The notes beneath the pieces were generated by a model. That model had not been told where the DNA came from, ran no database searches, and worked only from the letters and a program-made list of their open reading frames with translations. The translations under genes were made by a program, and so were the position numbers. Shown here in pieces: positions 51,001 to 61,628 of a stretch of DNA of 64,000 nt (positions are counted from its first letter, which is position 1; the number at the start of each line of letters is the position of its first letter). The stretch is from Octopus sinensis. Taxonomy: Eukaryota. The stretch lies in contig NC_043006.1 in the NCBI RefSeq assembly GCF_006345805.1, positions 58,652,001-58,716,000 of the forward strand, read 5' to 3'.

Positions 51001-53036
51001 GGTTTCCTTTCATTCCGTCAGATCCTCCTTTATTACTTGGGTTCGATAAATCCAGTGAAAGCAAACTGCTTGTACCACTGGCATTGGGTGTTACAAAATT
51101 ATTCACAGGTCCGGGGTTACCCTCAGAGGAACATTCCCAACTCCCCCGCCCACCAAGTTTGCTTCTATTAATAGATGCAATAATCAAGGCAAATTAGGTA
51201 TTACAGAGTAAGAGAACGTGATAGTTGACTTGTTACAAATACTATAGTATTTGTGATTCCTTGGGAAGTTCTTCAAAATTCTAAAAAACATTTTTGGTAA
51301 GTTCCTTTCTCTAAGGGAAAAAGGGGGAGTGAACCAGATTACTTCCCTAATTCTAGATTTATTTTGTTTATCTCCTTGCTAACACTATTACTTTTCCTAT
51401 ACCTGTACCTATTCCCAACATCCCTAAATGCGTTTCTACTCCAAAGCCTCTTATTATTGCAGTCAGGTGGTATTCTGCGTTTATTCTGAGCAGCTGTGAC
51501 GTGTTTAAGTGGCAAACCAGCCATTTTGTTTTTGAATCTTGTATTAGGGATATATGATATTTTAGCTTTGAATCCACTTAACTTTAGAGCATTGTTATAT
51601 ATCGGTGCATGTTGTTCAAAAATTTTTTCATTTGCGGATAAATTAGATATTCTTGTCGATATTGCTGTAATAATGCTGTCTATTGTAAGATTTTGGGTGA
51701 TTGGATGTTATATTAATATATGATATCGATTTATTAACACCATTTGTTGTTAATAACAGCTCCTGTTAGTGCCCTCTGGATCAACATCTTAATCCGGTCT
51801 CTGTACTCCTTAATAGCCAAAAGGGATGTATTAAGATTCCAGTAGCCGGGACCTCTATTTACCTTATCTATGTCTAGCTTACATGTGACCATTTTGTGAT
51901 CACTGTAGCTGACCATGTAAAACTGGACACTTAGCTATCTTTGTATCTACTTTTCTAATTAATATTCTATGTATGACCTGGAAGATCTGTCACTGCTTGA
52001 CCATGTCCACAATGGAGTGTTCGGATGTTCCAACCTATATGGATCTACCAGCTTAAAACGTCTTAGTAGATCCAGGAAGAAAGCATTACATTTCCTATCA
52101 GTGTGCAAGCCAACACAATCTACATGTGCATTGCAGATTGTGTTAAAGTCTCCTAGTTCAACTAAAGAATGTGATGTACCGAGAAACTTCTCCAGGTTCC
52201 AAAAATAATCACTTTGCCCCAAACTCTGGCGAGGTGCATATATTGCCACCAGTCTGATGGTCTTACCATGGCTGAACGTCAATCGATGACGACCAGCCTA
52301 CCTTCTGGATCTGAAAAAAATCAACTTTTTCTCTGGAACCTGCTTTCTTTTAAGCAAGACCAACACCCTGCTTCTGCTGGGAGGGCAGTTCGGTGAGATG
52401 AAACTCTCGTAGCCGCTGAACAGCGGGAGCAGATCTTTTAACTGGGTTTCTGTAGCAACAATAACATCTAAATCTTGTGACCTGATGTCATTTAGGAAGC
52501 ATCCCTGCTTCCAGTCCAGCACCAAGCCACGCACAATTACACATCCTACATGAATGCGAGACATCCACTTACCTTAATCTGTAGATTTTTTTCATTTTCC
52601 TTCCCCAGGGTTTGTGGGGTTTGACATGGGTCCCTGTACATGGAGATGTTAAAGTCCAATCTGTGGGGACCTATGTCTTTTGGGTATAAGTCCTTTAGGA
52701 TTCGATAGTTCATTACGTGGTGATGTTTAAACTTTTCTGCAGTACAAATCTTGTTTATTTGGCAAGTCAGTCTATTGTTCTTATTGTTTATAGCCACCCT
52801 TACTGGTTTGAATTTTTCGGCTTTTTTGGGGCTAGATACGTGAGACAATATTCCTGGGCTGGTTTGCATATGGGGACTTACTTTTGAACTGCCAAGTGTA
52901 GAGGTGTATCACCATTGTTGTCCACCACATTGGCATCAATGCAAATGTGATTCAACAACAGGCCAACTATGTCTGTGTTTCCACTGAAACGGGCATTGTG
53001 TAGAGGTGTGCTACCATATTTATTTTGGGCATTCAC
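42017..53036 (-). CDS. Ankyrin-repeat exon cassettes with intact AG/GT and open frame (possibly MIB2-like ankyrin protein); functional status unknown
   Basis: Nine 155-nt exons: 42017-42171, 42662-42816, 44562-44716, 44892-45046, 45543-45697, 48089-48243, 48724-48878, 50017-50171, 52882-53036. Example: VNAVDNYGYIPLHNACFSGNSDIVGLLLNNFGIDANVVDNNGDTPLHLTVQE (~1.5 ankyrin repeats). No flanking constitutive exons identified. Confidence 0.5.
45892..47783 (-). mobile_element. Full-length pogo-family (POGK/Passer-like) DNA transposon, 1892 bp, with disabled transposase
   Basis: TIRs CCGTATTTGACGGCATAT...CGCAC; TA TSD (45890-91, 47784-85). Transposase from ATG at 47315: BrkDBD-like YAKEHGNRAAAR, HTH, then DDE_1 (NMDEVPLTFD...LVWDQFRAH...LQPLDVSVNK). 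Has premature stops. Confidence 0.93.
50953..51735 (-). mobile_element. Penelope-like remnant (RT thumb to GIY-YIG), inside the ankyrin array
   Basis: Thumb peptide similar to the 41.4 kb and 63.5 kb copies; KTKWLVCHLN, HLGMLGIG and downstream GIY-YIG-like region. Confidence 0.7.
51736..52860 (-). mobile_element. Tx1/L1-clade LINE remnant (ORF1 end and APE endonuclease)
   Basis: DLDVIVATETQL, IRLVAIYAP, LGDFNTIC, LVDPYRLEHPNTPLWTW, YSDHKMV and RGPGYWNLNTSLL. Confidence 0.85.
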
Positions 53037-53350
53037 CTGAAAAAGCAAAGAATAAAAACATTAAAAATGGTGCCTGAAAGATGAGCTGGGTGGTGAAAAA
53101 TTAAACCTTTATATGTTATCTTTATTGGTAACCTTTATCTATTATCCAATTGAAAACCTAAAAGAAACAGGTTTGGATATTCCAGATCCAATGGGGATTT
53201 ACTTTTGAACTGCCAAGTGTAGAGGTGTATTACCATCGTTGTCCACCACATGTGCATCAATACCAATATCATTTAACATCTCAACTGTGTCTTTGTTTCC
53301 ACTGAAACAGGCAATGTGTAGAGGTGTTTAACCATAGTTATTTTGCATTC

Positions 53351-54240
53351 GTAGTTTGGGTCGTTTTTGTTGGGTGCATTGGTAGAATCAGTTAAATGCA
53401 GATACTGAGATATTTTTGAATATAAGTCGGAATCACTACTTGCTGACGCCATTTCTTTCACAACAAAGGTAACCACTTCTCTTCAAACTATGAAATAACC
53501 ATGTGGTGTAAACAACTTCACAGTATTTATACTTGAATAAAGGTGGGAAAGGTTTCATCTCGCATTATCTCAAAGCTACGCGAATTAAATTACATGATTT
53601 GTTTATTTGTCTGTATTTCCTCTAAAACAGGCAATGTGTAGAGGTATGCTACCATAGTTATCTTGTGCATTCACCTGAAAAAGAAAAGAATAAAAACATT
53701 AAAAATGGTGCCTGAAAGATGAGCTGGGTGGTGAAAAATTAAACCTTTATATGTTATCTTTATTGGTAACCTTTATCTATTATCCAATTGAAAACCTAAA
53801 AGAAACAGGTTTGGATATTCCAGATCCAATGGGGATTTACTTTTGAACTGCCAAGTGTAGAGGTGTATTACCATCGTTGTCCACCACATGTGCATCAATA
53901 CCAATATCATTTAACATCTCAACTGTGTCTTTGTTTCCACTGAAACAGGCAATGTGTAGAGGTGTTTAACCATAGTTATTTTGCATTCGTAGTTTGGGTC
54001 GTTTTTGTTGGGTGCATTGGTAGAATCAGTTAAATGCAGATACTGAGATATTTTTGAATATAAGTCGGAATCACTACTTGCTGACGCCATTTCTTTCACA
54101 ACAAAGGTAACCACTTCTCTTCAAACTATGAAATAACCATGTGGTGTAAACAACTTCACAGTATTTATACTTGAATAAAGGTGGGAAAGGTTTCATCTCG
54201 CATTATCTCAAAGCTACGCGAATTAAATTACATGATTTGT
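53351..54240 (-). other. Foreign ~250-bp insert in the ankyrin array, duplicated (~53351-53600 and ~53989-54238) within a 638-bp tandem duplication
   Basis: The insert replaces the acceptor of an ankyrin unit. On the minus strand it carries TATAAAT and ATGGCGTCAGCA (MASASSDSDLYSKISQYLHLTDSTNAPNKNDPNYE). Confidence 0.7.
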
Positions 54241-56719
54241 TTATTTGTCTGTATTTCCTCTAAAACAGGCAATGTGTAGAGGTATGCTACCATAGTTATC
54301 TTGTGCATTCACCTGAAAAAGAAAAGAATAAAAACATTAAAAATGGTGTCTGAAAGATGAGCGGGGTGGTGAAAAATTAAACCTTTATAGGTTATGTTTA
54401 TAGGTAACCTTTATAGTCATATAATATTACCTAATTGAAAACATAAAAGGAACAGGTTTGGATATTTCAGATCCAATGGGGACTTAATCCTGAACTGCCA
54501 AGTGTAGAGGAGTATTACCGTATTTGTTCACGACATTGACATCGATGCCAAAATGATTTAACGACAGGCCAACTGTATCTGTGTGTCCTCTGAAACAGGC
54601 AATGTGTAGAGGTGTTTGACCATAGTTATTTTGCATTCACCTGAAAAAGAAAAGAATAAATACATTAAAAATGGTGTCTGAAAGTTGAGTGGGGTGGTGA
54701 AAAATTAAACCTTTATAGGTTATGTTTATAGGTAACCTTTATAGTTATCTAATATTACCTAATTGAAAACATAAAAGGAACAGGTTTGGATATTTCAGAT
54801 CCAATGGGGACTTAATCCTGAACTGCCAAGTGTAGAGGAGTATTACCATATTTGTTCACGACATTGACATCAATGCCAAAATGATTTAACGACAGGCCAA
54901 CTGTATCTGTGTGTCCTCTGAAACAGGCAATGTGTAGAGGTGTTTGACCATAGTTATTTTGCATTCACCTGAAAAAGAAAAGAATAAATACATTAAAAAT
55001 GGTGTCTGAAAGTTGAGTGGGGTGGTGAAAAATTAAACCTTTATAGGTTATGTTTATAGGTTATCTAATATTACCTAATTGAAAACATAAAAGGAACAGG
55101 TTTGGATATTTCAGATCCAATGGGGACTTAATCCTGAACTGCCAAGTGTAGAGGAGTATTACCGTATTTGTTCACAACATTGACATCAATGCCAAAATGA
55201 TTTAACGACAGGCCAACTGTATCTGTGTGTCCCCTGAAACAGGCCATGTGTAGAGGTGTTTGACCATAGTTATTTTGCATTCACCTGAAAAAGAAAAGAA
55301 TAAAAACATTAAAAATGGTGTCTGAAAGATGAGCGGGGTGGTGAAAAATTAAACCTTTATAGGTTATGTTTATAGGTAACCTTTATAGTCATATAATATT
55401 ACCTAATTGAAAACATAAAAGGAACAGGTTTGGATATTTCAGATCCAATGGGGACTTAATCCTGAACTGCCAAGTGTAGAGGAGTATTACCGTATTTGTT
55501 CACGACATTGACATCAATGCCAAAATGATTTAATGACAGGCCAACTGTATCTGTGTGTCCCCTGAAACAGGCCATGTGTAGAGGTGTTTGACCATAGTTA
55601 TTTTGCATTCACCTGAAAAAGAAAAGAATAAATACATTAAAAATGGTGTCTGAAAGATGAGTGGGGTGGTGAAAAATTAAACCTTTATAGGTTATGTTTA
55701 TAGGTAACCTTTATAGTTATCTAATATTACCTAATTGAAAACATAAAAGGAACAGGTTTGGATATTTCAGATCCAGTGGGGACTTAATCCTGAACTGCCA
55801 AGTGTAGAGGAGTATTACCGTATTTGTTCACGACATTGACATCAATGCCAAAATGATTTAACGACAGGCCAACTGTATCTGTGTGTCCCCTGAAACAGGC
55901 CATGTGTAGAGGTGTTTGACCATAGTTATTTTGCATTCACCTGAAAAAGAAAAGAATAAATACATTAAAAATGGTGTCTGAAAGATGAGTGGGGTGGTGA
56001 AAAATTAAAAGAAAAACTCACAAAAAATGAAGAGAAGGAATTAAATTAATTTAACAGTTGGAATGATTGGGGTAGGGAGGAGTTAATGGAGATTTATATT
56101 GTATTTAGACACTTGTGTATACACACACACATATATAAATATGACGAGCTTCTTCTAGTTTCCGTCTACCAAATCCACTCAAGGCTTTGGTTGGCCCGAG
56201 GCTATAGTAGAAGACACTTGCACACTGCGCCACACAGTGAAACTGAACCCGGAGCCATGTGGTTGGTAAGCAAGTTACTTACCACACAGCCACTCCTGTG
56301 CCTCTCCCTCTATATATATATGAGATTGAGCAGAATCAATCTAGGTAACTTTTTCTTTACACCCTTCTTTAACTAAGACAGAGTTTTAAAATTTTACCTT
56401 GTCATTAAAAATGTCAGCATTAGCAGATAGTTTAGACAATCTAACTGAAATATTTTAAACTAAATTCTTAGTAATTACCCTAGCATGATTACTGGATGGA
56501 CTAACATACTTGAGATTGGTGGATGGTTTGTGGCATGGGAAGTATGAGTTTTGTGCAAATTAAATGTAATATCTAAGAAGTTAGCTTTATCTTATCAAAA
56601 ACGATGTGAAAGCCCATTCTACGAAAAAACCTAACCAACCTATTCTTAACCTTCTGTATATTTTGATTGGAAATGTTTTGGAGGTAGAGCAAACAATCAG
56701 CATGATATAGACCTCCACA

Positions 56720-58030
56720 GATGTCTGGGAACTGTTAAGCCATTTCATAAAGTATATATATGCCGACTAAATCTGCAATTTGAGCTGAATCCGAACTTCC
56801 CATTGGGACATCGAACCCGTTGGGAGTATCCTTCCGGACCCACAACTTATCAAACTTAATGATTGATTTTCTGGCAGCCAGTACCACATTAATTTCCTCT
56901 CTAGAGAGACCTGCTTTATTGTGTGTATGCAAGAGTGCCTTATTGAGTATAATAGGGTTAATTGATGAATAAAAGCTTGATATATCAACCTGAATAAATT
57001 TAATGTTAACCTTATTAGCAATAGAAGTAAACTAATCAACAACTTGAAAAGAATTAGACCATAAGCTAAGTTTTGATTTATTGATTAATGTAAGGATATA
57101 CTTATCTAAGATGTATTTACTAAGTACACCGGTGTCTGAGCTGGAAGGACAGATGAGCCGTAAGGATGGGTTAATACAAAAGTTTTGTTTGTGGTCTTTT
57201 AAAATAAACCGAGGTTGCCTAGGATTCAATGGTTCTGTCTTTAATCCATACGATTCCATAATTCCTTTAGCTTCTAGGTTAGCCTGTCTGAGTGTATTCA
57301 TACCGGTGATCTTATAGTTTTTTTAAAATTTCTTTTTTAAGCAGTTCCAATTAGTAGCTCTTGGTGAGATTATAGAGGTTTCCTGTTTTATCAGATTGAG
57401 CAAGGATGTAATCCATGTTGTTAATTTCCTTAGAGATGTTGTGAAGATATCTAAGATGTTTGTTCCTGAGGGGTGAATGGTGAAATTTTATATTCTTCAC
57501 CATGGACCACATATTGTTCTCGAATTGCTTCAATCTAGAGTTGGGTGGAGGGCTGCCCTTCGATTTAAATAATTTTTTATACTCAGAAGAAATGTCATTA
57601 TTGGTTTATTTTAAGTCCTTATTGTCGAAGGTGAGCCATCTGATGCGGTTGATAAATGAATTCGTCTTATTGATGAGTTTCTTAAGGGAAGCATTCTTTG
57701 GGGGAATGGGAATATCCTTAAGCGAAGCGTTGATATTAAATAACTCCATTTGCGGTAACGGTTATATTAACAGGTTATAAGATAGTCTGTTGAAGTATAT
57801 GTAGATGGATGAATGAATTATCCTTTGTTTACAGTTAACACAGAAAATTCAATAAACAGTTACCAGGGTAGCAAAATTCACACAAGTAACAAGGATGTAG
57901 CGACCTATTCAAAGGTAGAAACTCCGGGTTAATGTGCAGTAATTTGTATAGTATAAGTAAATAAATGGAGTTGAACGCAGATGTTAATCAAATTCTTTTA
58001 CTTTCGACATATTTCGAAGACATCTGTGTT
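56720..58030 (-). mobile_element. Penelope-like element, 5' part (pseudo-LTR end plus RT N-terminal half)
   Basis: LAQSDKTGNLY, PRFILKDHKQNF..NPSLRLICPSSSDTGVLSKYILD and GFDVPMGSSDSAQIADLVGIYIL. Upstream sequence is similar to the 61.6-61.9 kb pseudo-LTR. Confidence 0.85.
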
Positions 58031-58047
58031 CAACTCCATTTATTTAC

Positions 58048-58081
<34 letters not shown>

Positions 58082-58177
58082 TTATTTATTTATTAGAAAA
58101 ATAACTGGTTTTAAAAAATTGAATTAAAAGATTTAATTAAAAACTGACAAAAAATTACAATCTTATCTGCCATACCT

Positions 58178-60165
58178 TTAATGAAGCAAACTGATCAATA
58201 ATTTAAAGGATTTGCTGGTACCTCCAGGAGCATCGAAGAAAAAAATGTCACCCGCCTGTTTTTCCATGGCGCTGACGACAGTTTTATTTGCTGGCCTCTG
58301 ATCAGGGAGCAATTTTGGTTCATTTACTCTCTTTGAAAAGAGAATCCTCACTCCTTTTGACCCTGGTAGAATCCTCAAGTGATTTCTTCGCATGTATGAT
58401 AATATCTATTTCCGAGTTATTAATGTTGACATACTGCTTGGCAGTCTAATGCTTTTAAGAGTGCAAGTTTAATGTCCTGTTGCATTGAGGATGGCAAACT
58501 GAATGTGTTCAACGCTGCTCCACCCATTTTGAGCAGAGCATCCTCAATTTCAGTCAGCGTATTCAATGTCAGCATTAGGGCACTGTTTCTTTGCCATCTG
58601 AGGGAAGTCCTCAGACATAGGGTCCCTGTGCTTCACCCACAAAGAAGCTAGATCGGACAACCCACATTTTTGGAGCAAAATAGCAAAGACTTGCCGCAGG
58701 CTTTTAGGTGAGTTTAGCAAAGCCCCTTCAGCCAAAGAAGAATCCCATTGCGAGTCATCCATGTTTAAAGTAGGCTGCCCAAAACATGTCATAGCACACA
58801 TTATCAACAGTTCTGATGTCCTGAAAGCTTCTGGACCGACAACTTCATGAAAAAAAGAGTCGCAAGTAAAAACACTCCTGCTGGCTTGGGTGCACCATGT
58901 ATACCCTCCCGAGGCAATCCAAAAACTTAATGCCAGATGCCCATCTACGTCTACCCTTGACTGTCTTCGTGTCCAAACGTTTTTATCCCACACAAAGTAG
59001 GACGGCAGTTGCGGATAAATAAGACGCTTTGCAAATGTATCAGTTTGACACAGCTTAAAAAAAACAGTAAGGGTTGTCTCCTTTGGCCGGGCAGCCAATT
59101 GGGCAGCATTGTGCTCAGTAAAGTATACACGCTGACTGTTCTCTAAATGAACAGTCAGATGCACAATTGCTGGATGCCTTTGGTGGAAGGGGAAACTGAA
59201 GATACGCCAAAAAGCCTCATTGCTCCTGATGTACTGCCCCGACAGGTACTCAGAAACTTCATCCCTTCCACTGGCACTTTGAAGGCCAAATATGGTGGCA
59301 TCGGAGCCTTTGTTAATGTATTTACAAATGTACTTTATAGCTTTAACGGAACTGCAAAATTCAACATTTATATGGGCGTTAAGAATCTTCAAGAGAAGCA
59401 GGCAGTAAGGGACAACCCACTGATTGTCGACTTCCCTTTACTGTTGTGGTGAAGCCACTGTTCTCAGGCCATCTCTGTCTGTACAGGGGGTACCCGTCTC
59501 CATTGGTCTGTCTCATCAACAAATTTCTTAGGGAATCCCTTACTACACAACCCCTCCTGTAGGCATGCATGATGGCCATCAGCACCCAGTCCACAAGGAC
59601 CATGAATCATGTTCATGCTGACGATGTCATATAACTCATGGTCGATGGCAGGGTTAGGAATCTCAGCCGAGATGATTGTATCAATGTCATTAGAGTTGAT
59701 TTTCATCGCTAGCCAAATCAGAATGTGAGCATGTGGATTTCCTCTATTCTGCCGTTCCACGGTGTACATGTTGCACTTGACTGGCCCAAAAATCTTCCCC
59801 TTTTTGATTATTGACATCAACTTGGCCAACTTTAGCTGGAACACGCGAGCAAGTAGGTCATGTCAGTGGGCAGGTTGTTACCCGGGGTAAAGTTCGCAGG
59901 TTATTTCCACCCACTTTGGGTTGCATGTGAACGTAATAAACAGGTCCAGACGACCATAATTTTGGACGTATGTCATTGTGTCCTGTGTTTGTTTGTGCAT
60001 GTACCTGGGTCCACCCATGTAGCTGGAGGGTAGGATGCAGGTCTTTCCCAGGTTTCAGGGATCAGCATTATTTCTGGATCCCATCTCGTAGATGGATGTA
60101 GCTGTCACTGCACAGCTGTTTCTGGTGTGTTTTTATAAAACACAGATGCTTGGATTCGGCCTTGG
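58178..60165 (-). mobile_element. Helitron Rep/helicase remnant
   Basis: ILPSSYMGGPRY, YGRPDLFITFTCNPKW, YTVERQNRGNPHAHILIWL, HINVEFCSSVKAIKYICKYINKGSD, HLTVHLENSQRVYF and FFDAPGGTSKSF. Confidence 0.92.
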
Positions 60166-60179
60166 CAGGTAAAAATAGA

Positions 60180-60221
<42 letters not shown>

Positions 60222-60387
60222 CTGAAAAAGTTACCATTATTGTTGTCAGCATTTTTGTCTGCTTCATGTGAAATTATTTTCCTTATTAATCCAAGATGAC
60301 CTCCAGAGATGACGAGAAGCGGAAGTGTCATAATTTCAGAGTTCTTAATTTCTGGATTCATTGAATCTTTGTGGAGGTAAAAATAGA

Positions 60388-60437
<50 letters not shown>

Positions 60438-61200
60438 GAAATGAAGAAAATGCTGACAAAATAATTTAAGTAAGGGAGAGTGTATTTAATTAGGTGAAAG
60501 TTCTTTTTTTAAACAAAAAAAGAGAAAAATTGGGTTAGAATACAATGTTCATTTTTTTGTGAATGATTTCAGTGTATAAGAAAAAAAGTAAGAGTCTTTT
60601 ACAGTGTTCTGTTTCAGAATAAGATATTTAGTAAAAGCGTGTAATATACAGTTTTTTGTGGAAAAGTTCAATGTCAGATTTCAGTGTAGAATAAAAAAAG
60701 TAAGAGTTTACCAGTTGCGCATTTATGCTTATCAAAAGATATTTTGAGTGAGATAGAGTTCCTATCTGATTGATTTTTTTCTCTTATCTGACTTTGTTGG
60801 GTTTGCTGTCTCTTATATGTGAAAAAAAAAGGCTCCAGAGTTGTTTAAGATTTGCTTGGTTTCGCGCCTAAAATTTCTTGTGGACAATGGTCAATACAAT
60901 TTTGATTGGTCATTATAAAGGGGTCACGTGAATGTTTGAATGGAAGTTGGTGTTGGGGTAAGAAAATAGGCTCCAGAGATGTTAAAATTTGGCTGGTATC
61001 GCGCCTAAAATTTCTTATTGGTCATAATAAAGAGGTCACGTGAATGTGGTCATAATAGAGAGGTCACGTGAATGTTTGGAATGAATGTTGGTGTAGGTGG
61101 TGTATGGAGTTTTCGAAAATAGCGTTGTTGAAAATTCTTATTGTTCAGGCTGGTCAGTAGACGTCATGTGGATATTTTGAATAGCTTTTTAGCGCATAGT

Positions 61201-61232
<32 letters not shown>

Positions 61233-61586
61233 ATTGAAAAAGTTACCATTATTGTTGTCAGTATTTATATTTGCTCCATGTGCAATCAATTTCCTTATTA
61301 ATCCAAGGTGACCCCAGAGATTACTAGAAGTAATAGTGTCATATTTTCAGAGTTCCTATTTTTCTGAATTCATTGAATCCTTTGTGGAGGTAAAAATAGA
61401 ACATATATAATTGAAAAAGTTACCATTATTGTTTTCAGCATTCATGTTTGCTCCATGTGAAATCAGTTACCATTTTTATTCCAAGGTGAGCCCTAGAGAT
61501 GACTAGAAGGAATAGTGTCATATTTTCAGAGTTCCTATTTTTCTGAATTCATTGAATCCTTTGTGGAGGTAAAAATAGAACACACA

Positions 61587-61624
<38 letters not shown>

Positions 61625-61628
<4 letters not shown>

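Larger units (their letters stand above)
41930..56010 (-). repeat. Tandem array of ~32 exon+intron units (~315-330 bp), each carrying an ankyrin-repeat exon
   Basis: Minus-strand unit: TTTTCTTTTTCAG | GTGAATGC... exon ...CAAGA | GTAAGTCCCCATTGGATC, then a ~160-175 nt intron. Exon lengths: 155 nt x16 (one split by pogo), 145 nt x5, 138 nt x2, 153 nt x5, plus 4 partial. Interrupted by pogo, Penelope/Tx1 pieces and a duplicated foreign insert. Confidence 0.95.

Noticed and set aside
41930-56010. CRISPR-like repeat-spacer array
   Set aside because: The whole ~320-bp unit is homologous between copies, with no unique spacers. The context is eukaryotic and no cas genes are present.
60860-61190. Clustered CACGTG/ATTGG motifs (and TGACGTCA at ~33108) as host enhancers
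   Set aside because: They sit in short internal duplications of probable repeats, and function cannot be supported from sequence alone.
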